Origin: the human T2T-CHM13v2.0 reference genome, Homo sapiens
Assembly (NCBI RefSeq): GCF_009914755.1
Contig: NC_060933.1
Direction: 5' to 3' (one strand)
Length of the DNA: 64,000 bases
Below, piece by piece: positions 13,601 through 27,830 of this stretch. The notes beneath the pieces are model-generated. The model was not told the DNA's origin. It saw only the letters and a list, made by a program, of their open reading frames with translations, and searched no databases. Each line of letters begins with the position of its first letter. Position 1 is the stretch's first letter. Position numbers and translations under genes: made by a program.

Positions 13601-14240
13601 AAAATTCCAGCTAATTTAGATGTTTCCTCACTTTCAATAAGGGCAGACCCCTCAAGCAGGGGGTGTCATCTGAATGCTTCCCCCTTAAGTTTCCTCATGG
13701 TATAAGCAAACCCCTCATTCAAGTCTCCTGTCCTGTAGCCCTGTTTTGCCCATTCTCCAAATATCTCCACCTGGAGAAAATAGGCTGGACCTGGGCCATG
13801 GTTTTCTAAATCTCTAGCTCTGCTCTGGCTCTTGCTGTTCTTAGATCACCTGACTAATGATGACTACCATAGTTGTATGGAAAACAACAAGTAGTGGGGG
13901 TGTGTGCTGGACAGAAAGGAGCATTATTTATCATGTGGGGCTCCTACTTAATGACAGGTTTTCCAGGAAAATCAAAGAGTTGAGTGGGAAAGGAAAAATA
14001 TGCATGCCAATGAGGAGGCTACATTGTGACCAGTGTTTCCCTGGCAGTAAGGTGGTGCCCACTGGATATGGCAGCCTGTGTTGGGAAGAAGGCCAGTGTG
14101 CAGTGCAGGAGGAAGGAGGAAACAGGCAGAACCTTAGCTTTCCGTAGTGGGAGGAAATTAAATCATGAAGCAGCAAAGCAGGTGCAGTGTTTCGAGATAA
14201 GGGGATAAAGACCAAAATCATCAGTTAAAAGAATTAGAAG

Positions 14241-14555
<315 letters not shown>

Positions 14556-14883
14556 TTAGAAGGATTGACCTCTGAAGAAAGGAACATGAAGAGAAAAAAC
14601 TACCATGCATTTTAAACAAATCTAGTAGAACTATTTGACTCTATAAGCTATGTGCATGTTGAGATTTAATTTTTAAAAACTGAAGCGGGGTATACAATCT
14701 CACTCCTTTTAGCTAATAGGCCCCAAACCATCACATCACCTTTGAGTGCTCCCCAAACCGTCTTCCCCACACATCCACCCCTCCCAAACCAAGCCCACCC
14801 ATCCTGGAACAGCTCAAAGGTTCTCAAATCCCAGGTCACTTTCAACCTCCCTTTTCCCACAGAAAGAATCAAAAGTTTGTGAC

Positions 14884-15299
14884 TGATATGGTTTGGATCT
14901 GTGTCCACACCAAATCTCAGATTAAATTGTAATCTCCAGTATTGGACATGGGGCCTGGTTCAAAGTGATTGGATGGTGGGGGTGAATTTCTCATGAATGG
15001 TTTAGTATCAGCCCTCTTGGTTCTGTCCTCCTGATAGTGAGTTATCCTGAGATCTGGTCATTTAGAAGTGTGTGGCACCTCTCCCTCAGTCTCTCTCACT
15101 CCTCTTCCCAAGATCTCTGCTCCCTCTTTGCCTTCTCTCATGATTGGAAGCTTCCTGAGGCCTCCTTAGAAGCTGAGTAGATGTTGACATCACGCTTGTT
15201 GTACAGCCTGTGGAACCGTGAGCCAACTAAATCTCTTTCCTTTGTAAATTACCCAGTCTCAGTTATTTCTTTATAGCAATATGAGAATGGACTAATACA
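14884..15299 (+). mobile_element. MSTA-like MaLR solo LTR
   Basis: tgatatggtttggatctgtgtcc...ttacccagtctcag...gaatggactaataca. Confidence 0.9.
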
Positions 15300-15734
15300 G
15301 CGGCCAAGGCCTTGAATTCGATTTTAGCAAACTGCATATGCATCCTTTCAGAAAGAGCTGCGAAGGAACCATCAGAGAAGCTGGGCACCCACAAGAGCGC
15401 ATGGCCACGCAGTGCTGTTCTCTGAGCCTCAATGGCCAGCAGGGGCCTGTGCTCGGGAAGGGAGGTGCTCATCTCCTCCACTTTAATCTGTAGTGCACAT
15501 GGAAACAACAGAATCCTCCCTGCCCGGGTGCTAACTGTGTGGCTGGGGTGTCCATCAGCCACTGTCCAGTTGGCCAAAGTCCTTGCTTCCTCAGGCTCAC
15601 AAATTTACTGCATCATCAGCTTTATTATGAGGTGCCAATATCTCCTGGCCCTTTGTGTAAATGTCTTGTAAGAGTCTTTACCCCAGCCCAAAGCAAGGCC
15701 TATGGCTGTTGCAGGAGAAATGTAAAAACGTCAC

Positions 15735-15930
15735 AAGCCCTGCAGGCAGCCAGATCCGAGTTCCAATGCCTGCTTAAACATTTACAAGTACTGAGATTTG
15801 CATGTAGTCTTCACCTACCAGAGCCTCAGACTCTTTCTCTTTTTACTTTTTAGGTGCAAACAAAATTATAATCACTCAAGGTTTTTATGAAGAATAAATG
15901 AATCGACATATCCAAAGCACTCTAGACATG
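15735..15930 (+). mobile_element. MIR (degenerate)
   Basis: gagttccaatgcctgct...gagcctcag...gtttttatgaagaataaatga. Confidence 0.5.
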
Positions 15931-16914
15931 AGTGTCTCCTGTTCGTTTATCATGCAGGTGTTTAAGGAGGTAGATTCCCTAATCAGTCGAGGCTATCCTG
16001 GTAGAAAAGAGCACTCAGTAGTCTCAAAAACAGAACTTTCCCACATCATGAAGAAGACCACTGCCTTTATTTTGAGATTCACACATGCTCAAGAGATAAG
16101 CTAAGCTTAGACTAAAAACATACTTTTATTTCTGTCTTTGTGGCCTTAAATAGTCTTTTCAAGTAATTTAGCTCTCCCATCCTCAATTCCTGTTTGCATA
16201 GAGCACAGTCTCCAAGCAGGACTCCAGCAGCCACCCCCCTAAGCATCTCCAAACAAGGCATGTCTTCAGAGAAGGAGATTCCATTGAATTAAAAGCTCCT
16301 AAGGAAAGAGAGAACTTGTATGAAGAAGAGCTCCACTGGGTGGCTGCCCGGGGCCCCTTCTCTGAAGCTGTAGCTTTCAGTGAGTCTCTATTAAAGAGAA
16401 GTTTCAACCAAAACAGTGCAAGGCCCTCCAAAGAGGCTTCAGATTTGGAATGGATAATAATCTTGACAAAAAACGTAAGCTTCCCTTCCTTCTGAATGCT
16501 TTCAAAAGTCTGAGGGATCAACCAGCCTTTGAGATGGTGAAACAACAGGAGAACAAAGGGAAGAGCCAGGACCCTCCAGCCCATGTATAACATTTTCAAA
16601 CTTTTTATCTCTTCCACCTCCTTCCTTGACTATTTTCATGAGAGACAATTATGCATCTTTCTCAGTTTACAAGTCAAAATAAGTGTGTGTGCATGTATGT
16701 GTGTGTTAAACAGTGAAAAGGGAAAACATACTTTTTATATAACTACTTTTTGATAATACAGTAATGTTTATTTTTTATTAAAATAGGAAATCATATATCC
16801 GAAATCAGCCTAAAATATAAATACTTAATATCAAAATTTAAAACACCTTTTTAATTCACAATTATAATTTATATTTATACGTATATACATATACATATGT
16901 ATATACCACCTTGT

Positions 16915-17500
16915 GAGAAAGATATGCCATGTTAACAGTAATTAAAGCAAAGTTGGAGTGACTATATTAATATCAAGGTAAATTGGAAACCAAAAATATC
17001 ACCGTGGATAAAAGGGTCATGTTTCATGATTATTAAAAAAAGGCAATTCTTCAAAAGGGCATAACAATTCTAAACATTTATGCATCTAATATCAGAGCTT
17101 CCAAATATATGAACAAGAACTGATAGAACTACAGGGGAAAATAGACAAATCTATAATTGTAGTCAGGGGTTTCAACACCTGTCCCTCAGTAATTGATAGA
17201 ACAAGTAGACCAAAAATCAATAAGCATATAAAAGGCTAACAACACTATGAACCAACTAATTAATTGAATTTCTAGAATACTCTAATCAACACATTCTTAT
17301 CAAGCAGACACAGAATGTTTAACTAGATAAACTATAATCTAGACAATAAAAATAATCTCAACTTTAAAATAATTCAAAATATACATATTAATGTTATCCC
17401 AATACAATGAAATTAAAATAAAAATCAATAAAAGCAAGATATTTGGAAAATTCCCAAGTATTTCTAAAAACAAACAAACAAAAATCCATGGATCGAAACA
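16915..17500 (+). mobile_element. Old L1 ORF2 endonuclease-region fragment
   Basis: ataacaattctaaacatttatgcatctaat...gaaaatagacaaatctataattgtagtcaggggtttcaacac corresponds to the NIYAP and IVGDFNT motifs. Confidence 0.75.
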
Positions 17501-17507
17501 GAAATCA

Positions 17508-17590
17508 GGGCAGGCGCAGCACTTTGGAAGGCCAAGGTGGGAGGATCACTTGAGCCCAAGAGTTCAAGATCAGCCTAGGCAATATAGTTA
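17508..17590 (+). mobile_element. Alu left-monomer fragment (FLAM/AluJ-like)
   Basis: cagcactttggaaggccaaggtgggaggatcacttgagcccaagagttcaag. Confidence 0.75.
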
Positions 17591-17629
17591 TATGTATCTT
17601 ATGTCCAAGATACATAAGAACCAATAATG

Positions 17630-18740
<1,111 letters not shown>

Positions 18741-18769
18741 AAAAAGCCAATAATAAGAATACAAACAAT

Positions 18770-20340
18770 CAAGTGAATCATTGACAAAAATCTTCAACCA
18801 ACATTTCACCAAAGAAGCCGTACGAATGACAAACAAGATCACAAAAAGATGCTTAATGTCATTCCTCGCTAGGGAAATAAAAACAAAAATAACAGTGAGA
18901 CACCACTATAGACTTAATAGAATGATTAAAATTTTAAGACTGAGCATTTTAAGTGTTGGTGAAGATTTGGAATACTGGGAATCTCATAGGCTGCTGTAGG
19001 GAACATAAAATGGTAGAACATAAAATGGTTTATTAAAAGTTTAAGCTGGGTGCCATGGCACATGCCTGCAGTCCCAGCTACTTGGGAGGCTGAAGTGAGA
19101 GGATCACTAGAGTCCAGGAGTTCAAGGCTGTAGTATGTGATGATTGTGCCTATGAATAGCTACTGTACTCTAACCTGGGCAACATAGTGAGACCTCATCT
19201 CTTAGAATAATTAAACAACAACAAAAAATATTTTTTAAACCTTCACCTATGGCCTAGCCATTCCAACTATATGTATGAAAGTGAACATTACAAAAAAATA
19301 ATGAAAGCATATATCCATGTAGATACTTGTACCCAGATGTTCATAGCGGCTTTATTTGTAATACCTAAACCTAGAAATAAATACAATGTTCATCAGCAGA
19401 TGATAGAGTAAACAAACTGTGATATATCCCCTATACAAAGGAATATTACTCAGCAATAAAGGAGGAAGGCTTGTTGACAAACACTGTGGCATCTCATGCT
19501 TACTAGAATAATTATGCTGAGTAAAATAAACTATTCAAAAAAAAGCACATACTGTATGATCTCATTTATATAAAATGCTACAAAATGCAAACTAATTTCT
19601 GACAACACAAAGCATATTGGTGGTTTCCTGAGTATGGGGTGGTCTGTAGAATGGTGGGAGGGAAAGATTACTAATGAGCTTGATGACACCTTGTGGGGTG
19701 ATGGATATGTTTGTTATATTGATTATAGTAGAAATTTTATAGGTTCATACATGTTAAGCTTAGCATAATGTATACTTTAAAGATGTTCAGGTCACTCTAT
19801 CTCAATTATACTTCAATAAAGCTGTTAAAAATTATACCACAGTTATACCTTGCTGTGTAGAACAAATATGCTCCTACAAATCAAGAAGTAAAATATATTT
19901 CACCAGTAGAAAAATAAGCAAGGGGCTTGAACAAGTACACCACAAAACAGACTGCCCAAATGGCCAGTAAACATATTTCCTTCGCAAATAGAGAAATAAA
20001 AATTACACTTGCAATGTGTAATCATCATACGTCCACAAGAATGACTTTAAAAGTCAACAATACCAATTGTTGGTGAAGATGTGGTGTTGTAGGAGCTCTC
20101 AGACACTTTTCTTGGGGATGTAAATTGGTACAACCCCTTGCGAAAACTGTTTGGCGATACCAGCTAAAGCAGAACATAGTATACCCCACAACCCAGCAGT
20201 TTAATGCCTAGCTACAAATCCAGTGAAATTGTGTACATATGTACACCAAAAGACACATACAATGATGTTTCTACTCTTTGTAAAAGCCAAAATCTGGAAA
20301 AAGTTTAAATGTCCTCATCAGTAGGGTATTCATACAGCGT
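18770..20340 (+). mobile_element. Old L1 (L1MD/ME-like) 3' fragments
   Basis: acatttcaccaaagaag...gtgttggtgaagat...atgttcatagcggctttatttgtaata...tcaattatacttcaataaagctg. Confidence 0.65.
19045..19205 (+). mobile_element. FAM (fossil Alu monomer)
   Basis: Single monomer retaining the 7SL-derived gcctatgaatagctactg segment that Alu arms lack. Confidence 0.75.
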
Positions 20341-20367
20341 TTTGTTTCTTGGAATAAACAGTAAGTA

Positions 20368-20485
20368 TGAGATGAGAAAGCTGAGGACACAAGAATGATG
20401 AAATTTGTCCCAGGTCACAGAGCCAGCAAGTGGTGAAGGTAACACACAAGCCAGGATGTCCTGGCTCCAGACACACTGCCGCCTT
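20368..20485 (-). mobile_element. MIR
   Basis: gatgagaaagctgaggacac...ttgtcccaggtcacagagccagcaagtgg. Confidence 0.7.
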
Positions 20486-21389
20486 AGAAAAGGAGAGTGT
20501 TGTCAAATGTTGCCAAGAAACAACACATTAAAATTGATCATGCCGTGCCTTTCTGCTGCAAATTTTGCCATTTTTCATCATGTATGTTTCAACTCTCAAA
20601 TTTCAGGATTATGGCAGGATGCCATGAACAACCCTCCAAATGAAACAACTAAATACAAAATAAAATGCATACTTTATGAAACATTTTCTTAAATTAATTT
20701 CAAGGCACGAAAGAAGGAATTTGCAGAGCCAAAGGAAAGGAAGGGTGGTGAGGAGGAATGAGGGGACACGAATCCTGAAAGGAGAACAGCAAAGAAAACT
20801 TCCTCAAGGCCACCTGCAATTCCCTGGAGACCTCAAGTTTCTACACAAAGGGCATCAGGTGTGTGGAAAAGGAGAGGTAGAACAGAGGAGACAGTGCACA
20901 CAGATAGCTGGAGGCCCCAGTGATGTGGCTCCCAGTGTGGGTGAAGAAGAAATCACCTATGCCTGGTGAAGAACTTGATCATCTCTACCTTGACAATTGA
21001 AGGAAGTAAAATTGCCGCTGATAATTTGTAAGCCCAAGGTACCCCCAAGCTGTTTTTGGACTGAATCATACTATTTTTGTGGTACAAAAGCTTTAAGTAA
21101 ACAAATTACAGTGGCTTCTGGTAGGTAGCACCACCATGGTACCCACAGGAGTGAATGCAAACCCTCTGAAGGATAAAATTACACCCAGGACCTCACATGG
21201 TGCTACTGAGAGCTTCTCCATAACCAAGGAGCTCAGAATTAAAATACACACAAGCACACACACAGAAACAAGAGAACAAGAGTAACCACTAAATGCACAG
21301 AAACATAGCATAAAACTTCCAAATAAACACAGGGGGAAAATGGAATGAGGGAAAAGAATAATTCCAAATGATCTTTAAATTCAAGAAAG

Positions 21390-21891
21390 TGTTCCCAGAC
21401 AAAACCAAGGGTCAGGCTGTTTATTCTTGTGGACCAATAACAAGATGTAGATGAACTGGGAAAGGAGGGAGTTTATTTCTGTAATCAATTAGAGGGAGAA
21501 AGCCTGGAAATTATCACCAGATCAACTCAAAATTACAAAGTTTTCCAGAGCTTATATACCTTCTAAGCTATATGTTTATCTGTTAATGTGCATGCATCTA
21601 AATACATAAGCAATTAACTTCTTCTAATCTATAACTAAGATCCGAGTCCTCAAGACCTTCCTCTGGAGCCTCAGTAAATTTACTTAATCTAAATGAGTCC
21701 AGGTGCTGCGGTGATTACCCTTATCTTGTCTCCTGCTAAATCATGGAGGTTTGGGGAGTTCCTTCAGACCCCCAATAAAATTTGTTTAATCCTAACCACT
21801 TAAGCTGAGTAGCTTAACCACTCAGTCAGTGCTGAAACATCTGTTATGGAGGCCTGCCTGTTCAGCCGTTAGGGAGACCTGGCCTGCCCCA
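21390..21891 (-). mobile_element. LTR15-like solo LTR
   Basis: Minus strand starts tggggcaggccaggtctccctaac...aggcctccataac..gtttcagcactgactgagtggttaag; TG...CA termini. Confidence 0.75.
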
Positions 21892-22594
21892 GGAATAAGA
21901 GCAAGAGCATATATAGAATATACAATGAAAATTTTTTAAAATTCCACTATCAAAATAATCACAATTAATGTAATTGACTCAATGCTTCAATTTATTTAAG
22001 ATCCCTGTCAGAAAAGAAAAATAATTAATCGGAGAAGATTGAACAAAATTACATTTAGTTACATAAACAAAAACTGTCCAAAAGAATTTGCAGGCATAAT
22101 ATCAGAATTAAAAGGGAGTTTAGCAAATTGGCTGAATACAGAATCAATAAATTTAGATTGAATGTACCCTTATACGTAAGCATCTGTCTGAAATTTTAAT
22201 TTAAGAAGTTACTCTTACAATAGCAATAAAAAATAAGCCTCTACAGAGAAAATTATGAAACTTTATTAAAAGTCATTTCAGAAGACCTAAATCATTTGAG
22301 CAATAAATATACCATATTCAAAAATAGAAAGACTCACCACCAGAGGTTGATTTTCCCCTAATCAATCCATAAATTCAATCCAAGTCCACAAAGTCCTGAT
22401 AAAACATTTATGAGCAGGACAGACAGATTCTAAAATTGATAAGGAAGAGCAAAGTGCTAGGAAGGCCATAGATAATTTTGGGAAAAAAAATAAGAGAAAT
22501 ATAGAGTGTCTTTTCCCTGCCAGATATTAAGACCTACTATATTATAGAACTATTATGTTATATTATATGAGCATATTATAATAGTATATTAATA

Positions 22595-22855
22595 AGCTGG
22601 GAACAGTGGCTCACGCCTGTAACCTCAGCACTTTGGGGGGCCGAGGCGGGCAGATCACTTGAGGTCAGGAGTTCAAGACCAGCCTGGCCAACATGGTGAA
22701 ACCCCGTCTCTACTAAAAATATTAAAATTAGCTGTAAATCACTTGAACCCAAGAGGTGGAGGTTGCAGTGAGCTGAGATCATGCCACTGCACTCCAGCCT
22801 GGGCAACAGAGCGAGACTCCATCTCAAAAAAAAAAAATAATAAGATAATAATAAT
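22595..22855 (+). mobile_element. AluS with an internal deletion at the start of the right arm
   Basis: aaattagctg joined directly to aatcacttgaacc; TSD ataatagtatattaat. Confidence 0.9.
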
Positions 22856-23127
22856 AGTATATTAATTAATACAATGGGACTTTGATTCAGGAAATAAATT
22901 GACCTAAAACAAAAATAAAAAGTCTGTAAATAGACCCACAAACCTATATAGAAACTTGATCAATGAAAGAGGTGGCCTTATGAGTAAAAAATAGAGCTAA
23001 AATAGTTGTTTATTTGTATGGAGAAAAAGTGCATTTTGATCCCTAACTGACATCTTCATAAAAGTATATGAAAAGACATTCAACATGGATCACAAACTCA
23101 AATACGGAATGAAAAAATTTCCAATGC

Positions 23128-23544
23128 TAGTGCGAGCTGGATCTGTGTCCCTGCCCAAATCTCATGTTGAATTGCAATCCCCAATGTTGGAGGTGAGGCC
23201 TGTGGGAGGCAATTGGATCACGGCCATGGATCCTCTATGAATGGTTTAGAACCAGCCCTTTGGTGCAGCTCTCATGATAAGAGTTCCTGTGAGATCTGGA
23301 TGTTTAAAAGTGTGCAGTACCTCCCCAACTCTCTTTCTCCTGCTCTGGCCCGGTAAGACGTGCCTGCTTCTCCTTTGCCTTCCACCATGATTGAAAGTTC
23401 CTGAGGTCTCCCTGGAAGCCAACCAAATGCTGCCATGCTTCCTGTACAGCCTGCAGAACCATGAGCCAATTAAACCTCTTTTTATAATTTACCCAGTCTC
23501 GGGTATTTTTTTTTTTTTACAGCAGTGCAAGAAGAACTAATACA
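23128..23544 (+). mobile_element. MSTA-like MaLR solo LTR
   Basis: ggatctgtgtccctgcccaaatctcatgttgaattg...actaataca; 5-bp TSD aatgc at 23123-23127 and 23545-23549. Confidence 0.9.
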
Positions 23545-23653
23545 AATGCTCACAAATAAATACAGGAGAATGTCAACTTTTGAGAATTCCTGGAAGAAGT
23601 ACTTTTCTTCTTTTGAGAAAAAGAATATTTTTCTTCTTTCTTTTCTTCCTTCT

Positions 23654-23855
23654 CATTTGGAAAGAAGGCAATTTGGCATTGTTGTGTAAGGTTGAGAAGG
23701 TGCACTCCAGCAATGTCGCACCTGCGATGGACAGTAGATTCTCACACATATTTACAAAGTGATGTGTAAAAAAATGTTCACACAGGCATTGCTGGAAATA
23801 GCTAAAAGTAATAATTAACACAACAATCGGAATATTAGGAAGAGAGGGATACTAT
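23654..23855 (+). repeat. Copy 1 of a ~200-bp direct duplication (copy 2 at 24618-24815)
   Basis: catttggaaagaaggcaattt...gctggaaatagctaaaagtaataat...aatattaggaagagagg appears twice, 964 bp apart. Confidence 0.9.
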
Positions 23856-23984
23856 TCTTCCAGGAGAACTCCAACATAGTGTAGAGTTTCACTGAAAAGG
23901 CACAGAAAGAAAAGAAAACAATAAAAAAATTGATTCATCCACATGAAACCAATAAAATTTATTTTTAAAAATAACATAAAAATA

Positions 23985-24282
23985 GGCCAGGCGTAGTGGC
24001 TCATGCCTGTAATCCCAGCAATTTGGGAGGCTGAGGTGGGCCAATTGCTTGAGGCCAGGAGATCGAAACCAGCCTGGCCAACCTGGTAAAACCCCATCTC
24101 TACTAAAAATACAAAGATTAGCCAGGTGTGGTGGTGCACATCTGTAATCCTAGCTTCCTAAGAGGTCGAGGCGCAATAATTGCTTAAACCTGAGAGGCAG
24201 AGCCTACGGTGAGCTGAGATCTCGCCACTGCACATCAGCCTAGGTGACAGAGCAAGACTCTGTCTCAAATGAATAAATAAGC
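23985..24282 (+). mobile_element. Alu (old S or J)
   Basis: Full dimer. Confidence 0.95.
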
Positions 24283-26422
24283 AAAGACAGCCTGGAAGAA
24301 AATATATTTAATGCCCTAAAGAAAAGTTTAACAACAAATTAATATGAAGACTTTCAAAAATGATTTTTTTAAAGGAAGCAACATGTGTAGGATAACTAAA
24401 GAGTCAATTCACAAGAAAAGCAAATGACCAGTAAAAATATTTTTTAAAAGGTCAACCACACTGATAATCAATGAAATGAGCATTTCAATAATCACATAGC
24501 ATTTCTTACTCATCAGACCGAAAACAAATTATAAGTCAGAGAATCCCAAGTGTCAAAGAGGATGTGTAGCAGCTTGAACGCATGAATGCCTGCAGCAAGC
24601 ACATGAATTGGTGCCACCATTTGGAAAGAAGGCAATTTAGCACTGTTGTGTAAGGTTGAGGAGGTGCTCTCCAGCAATGCACACCTGCGATGGACTCTAG
24701 ATTCTCACACACATTTACAAAGTGACGTGTGAAAAAATGTTCACATAGGCATTGCTGGAAATAGCTAAAAGTAATAATACGCCAATTGAAATATTAGGAA
24801 GAGAGGAATACTATCCAGAAGCAAAAAATGAATCAACTATAGATCATTGCAGATGAATCTCACAAATGAAATGGTAAGTGAAGAAAGTTGCAAAATCATA
24901 CACGGTATGATAATATTTATATAATGTTTTAAAATATTGGAAGGGTCCTATCATTTAGGAGAACTGACATAGTTGAAATATGAAGAAAAGTGGGAGAATT
25001 ACAAACACCACATTCAGGGCAGTGCAGGTGCAGCATGAGAGCAGATGAGCATAGGCACAGCATCTCCACACTGCTCACAGAAGTCCAGGCTCCAGGAGAG
25101 CAGAGCCTCACAGCAGCCCAGTCTTGCTGCTATGAAGCATTTTCCATGCTCTGGAATAAAAGACAGTCTAAGGGCTGAGGGGGAGAGATCACAATGCCAC
25201 AGAGTGCTGGGAGGAACACCAAATCATCTGAGGCATCTCCCTTGCCACTGATGCTAGGATTGCCCAGTGGGTCAGTTGGATGAAAAGCATGGTGCCAGGG
25301 ATGGCAAGGATGGCTCAGAGTATGGGAAGAATGGTGACTGTGGGCCAGCATGGTCAGAAACACCATCCTGGAAAAAGTACTGTAAGGAATGAGAATGACA
25401 TGAATGGATGAAAAAGGCAAAAAGAAAGCAAAAGGTCTCAGGATCAGGAATAGAAATTACCTCTGTGGGAAAGGAGAGGATGCAAAGGAGGTTGAACTTA
25501 TATAAGTAAAACCAAAAGGATTGTCTGATCTCATCTCAAAATAAATGGGAAAATCATCAAAAGCTCATTAAAATGTCATGGGAAGTCAGCAAGTATTTCT
25601 CTTCCTTTCCTACAAATGCCTGAACTCCAAAAATCTTACATGCGGTTACAGATCTTATCCCTTGAGTTAACAGAAGTGCCCAGAACTCACATGCCACCTT
25701 GGATAGAGGTTGATAGGTTTACATCTTACCTGTGTGATTGGGTTTCACCTTATTGGGGAATAAATACCGGAGTGTATGTGTCTAGTATTCCTGAGAGAAC
25801 AATAGGCATTTTTTTTTTTCTGAAGACGTCGTTTCCATGAATGGAAACATTGGCTAATCAATATGGGTGCTTCCTCTAGGGGTGAGGAGCTGGCCATGGC
25901 CCTGTGGATGAAGGTGGGCAAGTACCCTGCCAGGCTTCCCTGTAGGAGACATGGGCAAAGCCCACAGGAGTAGACTGGGCTCCCCACAAGATGCCAAATC
26001 CAGCAGGAGGCTCCCTGGAGGCACAGGGCCCCACTCTTTGACTCCAGTTTCCTACCAGGAGATCATTCCATTTTCTTAGTGATTATTTCCTGGAGTTGGC
26101 TGTTCCGTCTCAATGTGGAGAAAGCTGACTCTTGCAACTGTCTGCAGAGAACCTTTTTCAATTAACTATCTTGGTTTAGGCTTCTCCTCTGCACACCCCT
26201 TGACCCTGGGGGTCACCACAGAGAGAAACTTCTCTCACTACTCCAGTCTTGTCTATGAAGCGCTGATCTGTAGTTACCACCACCATGACTATTTCATCAG
26301 CCTCAGGTCATCGAGAAAGTCACTAGAATCTTGCCAGTCTCCCCATCCTGTACCCAACACTTTTGCAGCTCTCTGATTCTCCCCACTCTCCTTTTGTCCT
26401 TTTAAACTATTCTTCTGGTAGG

Positions 26423-26889
26423 TGTCATGGTAAATTTTATGTGTCAACTTGACTAAGCCACAGGATGCCCAGACATTTGGTCACACATTATTCTGGGTGT
26501 GTCTGTGAGGGTGCTTTGGATGAGACTGACATTTGAATCAGTGGACTGAGGAAAGCAGATGGCCCTCCCCAGTGTGAATGGGTCTCATCCCATCAGCTGA
26601 AGGCCTAGAATAGAGGACCAGCCTGGCCTTCCCTGAATAAGAGGCCATTCATTCTGCCTTGCTTCTTTTGAACTAGGACATCAGCTTTTTCCTACCTTCA
26701 CACTGAAACTGAAACATTAGTTCTTCCTGACTCTCCAACCTGCCAGCCTTCAGGCTGGAACTGCACCATGGGCTCTCGTGGGCCTCCAGCTTGCCAATCC
26801 ACCCTGTGGATATTGGGACTTGTCAGCCTTCATAATCATTTGAGCTAATTTCTCATAATACATAAATAAATAGAACCTTGACAAATACA
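26423..26889 (+). mobile_element. MLT2 (MLT2D-like) ERVL solo LTR
   Basis: tgtcatggtaaattttatgtgtcaacttgac...aataca; exact TSD GTAGG at 26418-26422 and 26890-26894. Confidence 0.85.
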
Positions 26890-27311
26890 GTAGGTTTTCT
26901 GTAGAAAAATGGATAGGTAAATGCAGTCTACTCTTTCATGTTTAACTAAAAGGAAGTCTTGTGCTTTACATCTTTACATCATCCAAAAAGTCCTGTATTT
27001 GGAACTAAAAGAGAACACAGAACTCATCTTGTAGAACTCCCTCAGAATGTTAAGCCCTAGAGAAAGTCAATGGCAGGTTCAACTGGCAAAGCAGAGCATG
27101 CTTGACATCATTTGCTTTTTAGAGCCCAGGAGCATCCTCTCTATATGAAATAACTTCTCCAAATCCTTAAGACATCTTTCCCTCAGCAACCAGCAAGCCT
27201 AAGAGGATATTGTTAAGAGCAAAGATGAATAATGACCAAACTCAATTCTCAATTCTAAGAATCCTTCCTTCCAGCAACAGTTTCCTCGGGAGACTATTAG
27301 AAAGCAAGCTT

Positions 27312-27830
<519 letters not shown>

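Larger units (their letters stand above)
22080..24990 (+). mobile_element. Highly degraded old L1 (L1ME-like) ORF2/3' region interrupted by Alus, MSTA and a local duplication
   Basis: Colinear L1 motifs: ctctacagagaaaattatgaaactttatt, ccctgccagatattaagacctact, aaatagacccaca, cttactcatcaga, atgaatctcacaaa. Confidence 0.6.

Noticed and set aside
16183-16617. 144-aa ORF in non-repetitive DNA
   Set aside because: Non-ATG start, no recognisable domain or exon structure; length compatible with chance
19045-19205. Possible 7SL RNA gene
   Set aside because: Lacks the S domain and is diverged; fits a FAM monomer
20600-21320. Possible old L1/HAL1 5' region
   Set aside because: Resemblance too weak to call from memory
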